Of a DNA stretch of 64,000 bases, positions 58,637-64,000 are shown piece after piece. Numbering within the stretch: the first letter of the stretch is position 1; each line of letters opens with the position of its first letter. The DNA lies in contig JAOUFI010000005.1 in NCBI GenBank assembly GCA_029858305.1, forward strand, positions 18,508-82,507. The letters run 5' to 3'. Origin of the DNA: Candidatus Thorarchaeota archaeon (lineage in GTDB: Archaea > Asgardarchaeota > Thorarchaeia > Thorarchaeales > Thorarchaeaceae). Below the pieces are notes generated by a model. It was given only the letters and a program-made list of their open reading frames with translations. It was not told where the DNA came from and ran no database searches. Position numbers and translations under genes: made by a program.

Positions 58637-59791
58637 GTGAATCTCAAAGCCAAAGAGGGCAAAAATCAGAAGGGGCTCTGTTTCGTATCTGATGAAGAAT
58701 CTGATTTTGAAAGAGGAGTATACGAAATCCAATTCAGAGGAAAAACAATACTTGCAGATGTCCGGAAATCCCCACACATCCCAAAAGGAATAACAATTCT
58801 AGATAGCAGACTATTTTCCTATTTGGATTGCGATGATGCCTCTGAACTGACTTTCATCAAGAGTTCATCTGATATTCCTATATGTAAGGAACTTAGGTTA
58901 TCAGTTTCATCAATGAGGAAATTGGATAACAAGTCAATTGTAGTGGCAATTTCTAAGAGGATTAATGACCTTCAAGACGATTTTGAAGGATTAATACTTC
59001 AAGAGAATCAAAGAATTATAGTGGACCGTCTTGGGATACAATTCACAGTGCATTCGATTAGTCCAATAAATGGATCATGCGAATCGTGTCGTATCATATG
59101 GAATCAATTGGAAAAGGTACACCTTGCACCTATCGTTGGAATTCCAACCTACAACCTCATTTGTGTGATCGAGCTCGCTGCTGCTGCTCACATTAGCGAC
59201 ATCAATCAATCCTCCACCAATGAAAAATCAATGTCTGTTTCAAGATATCATGCAGCTCTCGAAGTACTTGATCAGATTATATCGAATTACTCTGGATATG
59301 GAACAGACTCACAATTCTCAGGATTCATCTATTCTGATGAGGTGGAAACATTTTCAGTTTTTAATCCTGAGACAGGTGCTCCGGTTGAAATATCTTCGTT
59401 ATATTCCAAATCCTTGTTGGAATCATTCCGTGATTGGATTTGCAGTAGAATCCCTGCTCACAAAAATAAACCATCAAATCCTGGGCAAGCATTGTCTATC
59501 GCTCTTAATCGTGGAAATGATTTCTCGGAAACTAATGAACATCCCACCGTGATTTTTCTATTTTCGTCTGGTGTACATTCTCATGGTCCTAATCCTGTCA
59601 AGGAAGTGAAGAAGAGTCTGGAAAATCGTGCGATTCCAGTTTTCTGTGTATCCCTCGGAGCTGGTTCAAACAAGGATATCTTGGGAGAAATTGCCACAAT
59701 CACAAAAGGAGCCTTGATTAGTATCAACTCAATGAGCGATATAGCCAAAATTAATGATATAATTGAACAGCATTTTGAAAATAGGAGCTGA
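58637..59791 (+). CDS. Cdc48-N-like domain plus degenerate vWA domain
   Basis: PKGITILDSRLFSYL..D..ELT...PICKELRLSV; later SNPGQAL, IFLFSSG, VFCVSLG, LGEIATITKG. Confidence 0.65.
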   Translation: MNLKAKEGKNQKGLCFVSDEESDFERGVYEIQFRGKTILADVRKSPHIPKGITILDSRLFSYLDCDDASELTFIKSSSDIPICKELRLSVSSMRKLDNKSIVVAISKRINDLQDDFEGLILQENQRIIVDRLGIQFTVHSISPINGSCESCRIIWNQLEKVHLAPIVGIPTYNLICVIELAAAAHISDINQSSTNEKSMSVSRYHAALEVLDQIISNYSGYGTDSQFSGFIYSDEVETFSVFNPETGAPVEISSLYSKSLLESFRDWICSRIPAHKNKPSNPGQALSIALNRGNDFSETNEHPTVIFLFSSGVHSHGPNPVKEVKKSLENRAIPVFCVSLGAGSNKDILGEIATITKGALISINSMSDIAKINDIIEQHFENRS

Positions 59792-59796
59792 CTTAG

Positions 59797-60954
59797 ATGA
59801 CTGATGATTTACCAACGCACCTTCAAGCACTATATCATAGTGGAAGTGTATCAGGATTCATCTCCGCAAGAATGCCTTCAGAAAAGCTCACGACCGGTTG
59901 GATAGAACAAGGTCTTCTTCAGAAAGCTCTCACTGGAAAACTGCAGGATAAGAAGAACCAAGAACAACTAATCATTCCTGCAGATCGGTTTGCTCGCTTA
60001 ACTAGAGACCTCGAAGGTACAACCCATTCTTTTGTCGGCTTGTTAATCATAGGCCGCAGAGGTCTCACAGAGCCAAAGCTCAACGTTCTTGTTTACGCTG
60101 CTCCTGATAATAGTAATGAATCTATGACAACAGTTGCTTTCTGGACAAAAAACCTGAGTCCGACTGAAACTATTCGCACTATCGCGCGTCATGCTTTTGC
60201 CCGAGATAGTTTCATGGAAAGTTCTGAGCCTGATTTAGATTACATTGAGCAGCTTAAAGCTGATATTTCGACAGGCTTAGTTCAAAATCTATTATCTCTT
60301 CGAGTAAAAACAGGAAAACGGAATATTACTGAATGGCTTCGTGATTCCATTAGAAATGTAGACGACTCCAAGGATGTGATTGCCTATGCTGGCAAACTTG
60401 AGAGTCTCTCGAGAATTGCTCTTCTCCTCTCTCGGTGGATTACAAGCTTAGGTCTTTTCAAAGAGTATGAAGATAATATTGCAGCTATTCTCATGAAGTT
60501 TGAGAATAGGATGGAGTTATGTCTTTGGGACAATTCACAGAACTTCGCTACATTTGCGACTATCAAAGGGACTGATATTGAGCATACAGTAAAAGGTTAC
60601 ATTTCGGCAATGTGGGCTGATAAACAGGATTTGGCTGCTTCGAAATCACGGATGCCTGAAGTTGTGATTGCGACAGAAAAGCAAATCGAATCCACTTCAA
60701 AGAAATCAAGAACCGAGGTATTGCCTGAAAGAACAATTGTGTCGCTAAGTGAGATTGAACAAAGAATTGAAGCTCTGGAATCTACGATTCGCACTCTTGC
60801 TAGTTCAAACAAAGAACAGCCTACAAATATTGACCAATCAATTTCAATTGTACACACTCGTTTGGTCGAAATTATTGACCGGTTGGCAAATCTGACAACC
60901 AGATTTAATGAATTGGAAAAGAAACTGAACAGCGTAGGCAAAAGCGGACGGTGA
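59797..60954 (+). CDS. hypothetical protein with C-terminal coiled coil
   Basis: LSEIEQRIEALE, RFNELEKKL. Confidence 0.75.
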   Translation: MTDDLPTHLQALYHSGSVSGFISARMPSEKLTTGWIEQGLLQKALTGKLQDKKNQEQLIIPADRFARLTRDLEGTTHSFVGLLIIGRRGLTEPKLNVLVYAAPDNSNESMTTVAFWTKNLSPTETIRTIARHAFARDSFMESSEPDLDYIEQLKADISTGLVQNLLSLRVKTGKRNITEWLRDSIRNVDDSKDVIAYAGKLESLSRIALLLSRWITSLGLFKEYEDNIAAILMKFENRMELCLWDNSQNFATFATIKGTDIEHTVKGYISAMWADKQDLAASKSRMPEVVIATEKQIESTSKKSRTEVLPERTIVSLSEIEQRIEALESTIRTLASSNKEQPTNIDQSISIVHTRLVEIIDRLANLTTRFNELEKKLNSVGKSGR

Positions 60955-60961
60955 TAGGCAA

Positions 60962-61249
60962 ATGACTCGACGTCCTGATGAAATAGTTGATGAACTCAAG
61001 CGCATTGAAAAGAATCCACAAATTCTTGAAACTTTATCGAATAGACTTGGAATGGTGGAGAGTAAAATAGAAGAAGTTACTCTATCAAAATCCATGAAAT
61101 CGTCTTTCAATGCTGAAAATATTCAGGAAATTGTATCAAAGATTTCTGCACTTCGTGATTTGATTGATAAGATAGAAGTCGAAATTGAACAATTGAATTC
61201 AAGGATTAATGAGATTGAAACCCTGAGGTTCAAACATCGCTCTCGTTAA
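60962..61249 (+). CDS. small coiled-coil protein
   Basis: heptad repeats throughout. Confidence 0.7.
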   Translation: MTRRPDEIVDELKRIEKNPQILETLSNRLGMVESKIEEVTLSKSMKSSFNAENIQEIVSKISALRDLIDKIEVEIEQLNSRINEIETLRFKHRSR

Positions 61250-63893
61250 TAGAGCCTACCGGCACTAAATCATCAATTATGTCGAGTATGTGACCTATAA
61301 ATATTTGAGAGGAAAAATTCTCTAGAGGCACGATCTTTGCGTTTATCCCTTTTAGAACTCGTAATGAGCTACGATGATTTATGTTCTTCTCCATAGCCAT
61401 AAACTCGATTTGATATCTCTCTCGTTGTTTGATTGCTTGGATGAAAGGAAGATGTTCCTCATCATATTTACCGACCCCTCCTGAGAAGATGAGCAAGAGT
61501 GTCGGTCGAGCGGCTCCAAAATCCTCTAGATATTCAGCAATCGATCGATATGCTCCTACCGTGTCTTCTTGACCTCCTGTATCATTCACAGTATCAAGAA
61601 TAGAGTAGACTAATGAAACTAAAACTTCCTCCGATTGCAGATCTCCTAGGAATTCCACATATGAGCGTATTTCATCACCATGCTGAACTGAGAATTTCTC
61701 TGGAACTTCAGCAAAAGTAACGAACCCAAGTCTACCTTCGGTCTGGTTATGCCGAAGAGTATTCACAACCAAAAGAGAAGCCAGTGCTGCAATCTCAGAT
61801 CTTGTCGCATTGGGTGTTAGACCGTTAAGGAAAGTCTTGAGCTCCTGGATGTTGTTGGATAAGGCTTCAAGTTCCTGAGCTGCGGAATGCAAAGTCTTCA
61901 AGGATATATCACGTTTGCTCATATCCTTCCCCTTTGAGATACATATTACAACATTCATTTCTCTAAATGCTTGACTTGGTCTGAGAAAAGCACTCTCAGC
62001 GGGAACTACTCCTATCTGTTCTGAACCTAGTTGAGGTTCAGTCTGAGTGATGGCGAGAGTTAAAGGAATCTTCTTGGATCCCACAAATAACTTTGAATTA
62101 ATGCCGATAAGCTTGTTTCTGATGCGGTTTAAGATTTTCTTCTCATTTAGATGGATGTAGGAGAATAGTTCCGAATTTGTCATGGGCTTCTCTGATAGAT
62201 AGGACATCACAATTTTACGAATTTTGGAAATCTGACCTTCAAATTTGACAATATTGACAACTGATGAATTACTAAAACCATAAATTTCAGCATCATTTTC
62301 AGAAATAACTATTGATTTTTCAGTGCATCTAACATGCTCTCTTACAGAACCTGCACACCACCTTCCTGTTCGCGTACCTAATGCAAGTACATAGTCATCC
62401 CCTGACACTCCAATTGTTTCCATATCTGAAGGACACATAAGGAATATTCCTGGTTCTGTCTTAGCAATCTCAACTCCAAAATGAAGGGCTGCCATGATTT
62501 CATTTGGATTCCTAACTTGAAGGCATGAAAGCAATGCGTTATCGAACCGAACAAGTTGGGCAGGTGAGCCAAAGATGGGACCATCAAGTTTTGCATTTGC
62601 ACGTACTAATGTGTGAAGTAGTAAACTATCTCTCTTTGATACGCTCTCAGTAAATGCTTTACTCCACCCTGAGATCATCACTACACCATTCTTCTCCAGA
62701 ATAAGTGAGATGCTTGTTGCTTTTTCACTGTTAGGCTCATTTACTGTAACAACAGCACTGTCAAGATGTACTACTCCTCCTTCATCATTGACCATATGAT
62801 CAACAGAGAGCACTCTCATTATCTTTTTTGCATCTAATAATTGCAATATTCTAACAAGCTCATTCATCGCTGCCTTTCCGAGAGATTCCTCTGCCAAGAC
62901 TGATGATTTATTCTCTGAATAGACAACAAATGGCGGTCTTGGAGGTAATAGTGCCAATAGATTTCCTCCAAGAATTCTCTGGATCTCTTCAGCTGTTGCT
63001 GATAGATTTCTGCTAAGAAGGTAACTGACAATTTCGGATAGACTGTCTCCCAATTGTGTTTCAGGATATGATGAGGCGAACATAAGACGCCTAGACCATA
63101 AAGCATCACTCTGTTCTTTTTTCAGATGCCTGATTATTGTCGAGAGTGAGGATATTGATGCGCCTGCAGTAAGAAGTCGACTCTCTGGAATATCAAGAAG
63201 TCGGGTGATATCTCTCCCCCAATCTTTCTGACTCCGCGCCTTTAGTATTAACTTCGGAGTTTTTAGACCTGCTTCTTTTAAGAGAACCAGCCACCCAATA
63301 AGTGAGTCTAGGCAATCAGGAGAGTTTAATTCAATGAATATTGGTCTCTCGGATTTAATATGCGATAGCAAGTCAGTACGATTGGGCCCCCTAAGCGATT
63401 GTGACAAGTCTGCTGCACGTAGAATGCATCCCCAGCCTGTGGGTGTTCTACGGTTAAGTCTCATGTCCTGTAAGTGATATAACCTTGGACTTGTCGGTGG
63501 AATTGTTGACCAGATATGAACTGATTCCGTATTCGCTCTCTGTTGCGCAATTGGGAGCTTTGTTTCCCCCAACTCGATTAAAGGCTTTACAACAAGAAAA
63601 TCTACGAGCCAGCTTGATTTGGATAGCTCAGATGCTCCCTGCATAAAATCGCTAAGAAGTCGAGGTACTTTTAGATAGTCATAGGCTCTTCTAGGAAGGT
63701 ACTTGAAGGCTCCAGGATATTGCGCAGCAAAATCATGAAGCTGATTCTCAACCATATTGAAATATGAAAAGGCTCTGTCTGGATCAAATTTTCTGATGTA
63801 AGTCCCTGCACGTACGATACCGAGTTGTATTGATGCGTCAACGACAACGAAGCGACGAATCTCGTTTACTTCAATGTCTTCAACAACGATCAT
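61230..63893 (-). CDS. multidomain protein: degenerate amidohydrolase-like barrel, Cdc48-N-like domain, degenerate vWA
   Basis: RLMFASSYP...ILGGN; LMCPSDMETIGVSGDDYV...SIVISENDAEIYGF; NVVICISKGKDM, LGFVTF, LLIFSGG; ATG 63893 after GAGGT. Confidence 0.7.
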   Translation of the reverse strand: MIVVEDIEVNEIRRFVVVDASIQLGIVRAGTYIRKFDPDRAFSYFNMVENQLHDFAAQYPGAFKYLPRRAYDYLKVPRLLSDFMQGASELSKSSWLVDFLVVKPLIELGETKLPIAQQRANTESVHIWSTIPPTSPRLYHLQDMRLNRRTPTGWGCILRAADLSQSLRGPNRTDLLSHIKSERPIFIELNSPDCLDSLIGWLVLLKEAGLKTPKLILKARSQKDWGRDITRLLDIPESRLLTAGASISSLSTIIRHLKKEQSDALWSRRLMFASSYPETQLGDSLSEIVSYLLSRNLSATAEEIQRILGGNLLALLPPRPPFVVYSENKSSVLAEESLGKAAMNELVRILQLLDAKKIMRVLSVDHMVNDEGGVVHLDSAVVTVNEPNSEKATSISLILEKNGVVMISGWSKAFTESVSKRDSLLLHTLVRANAKLDGPIFGSPAQLVRFDNALLSCLQVRNPNEIMAALHFGVEIAKTEPGIFLMCPSDMETIGVSGDDYVLALGTRTGRWCAGSVREHVRCTEKSIVISENDAEIYGFSNSSVVNIVKFEGQISKIRKIVMSYLSEKPMTNSELFSYIHLNEKKILNRIRNKLIGINSKLFVGSKKIPLTLAITQTEPQLGSEQIGVVPAESAFLRPSQAFREMNVVICISKGKDMSKRDISLKTLHSAAQELEALSNNIQELKTFLNGLTPNATRSEIAALASLLVVNTLRHNQTEGRLGFVTFAEVPEKFSVQHGDEIRSYVEFLGDLQSEEVLVSLVYSILDTVNDTGGQEDTVGAYRSIAEYLEDFGAARPTLLLIFSGGVGKYDEEHLPFIQAIKQRERYQIEFMAMEKNINHRSSLRVLKGINAKIVPLENFSSQIFIGHILDIIDDLVPVGSINESDV

Positions 63894-64000
63894 GATTACG
63901 ACCTCGGTAGCTATGGATTTCTCTGCAGGAGATGATATATGCATAGTGCCGATAGTAATCTAAATGATTTTTCAGTGAAAAACGCAATACTTTATCACGC

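Noticed and set aside
95-63944. Other TGA-terminated ORFs as additional selenoproteins, including the HdrD-like Fe-S proteins
   Set aside because: Their Cys motifs are complete, and I noticed no in-frame continuation or SECIS-like hairpin; this was not an exhaustive scan.
1-64000. CRISPR arrays, tRNA/rRNA genes, IS elements, proviral genes
   Set aside because: No regularly spaced repeats, cloverleaf signatures, or transposase/integrase motifs were seen by eye.

Overview
Gene-dense archaeal chromosome segment of about 40% GC (estimated by eye). It most likely comes from an Asgard archaeon (Thorarchaeia-like); this is inferred from eukaryote-like modules (E2F/DP-like factor, longin domain, Rab-like pseudo-GTPase, eukaryote-type SECIS) sitting among archaeal housekeeping genes (dtdA, PAC2, PDCD5, CdrS-like, acdAB). 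I saw no rRNA, tRNA, CRISPR array or transposase. The main finding is an ORF the track truncates: 1200..2003 on the minus strand. It has an in-frame TGA inside a C-S-S-U motif, and a eukaryote-like SECIS hairpin overlaps its own stop codon, making it a candidate new selenoprotein family. Other points of interest are an E2F/DP-like regulator with repeated upstream sites, a cluster of vWA and Cdc48-N-like proteins (57.5-63.9 kb), a SNAP/TPR-like protein with a WH2-like motif, a missed CdrS-like RHH gene ahead of two Cys-rich paralogs, and a roughly 24 kb region for acyl-CoA, glycerol and possibly ether-lipid catabolism. All family calls come from motifs recognised by eye; no database search was run.
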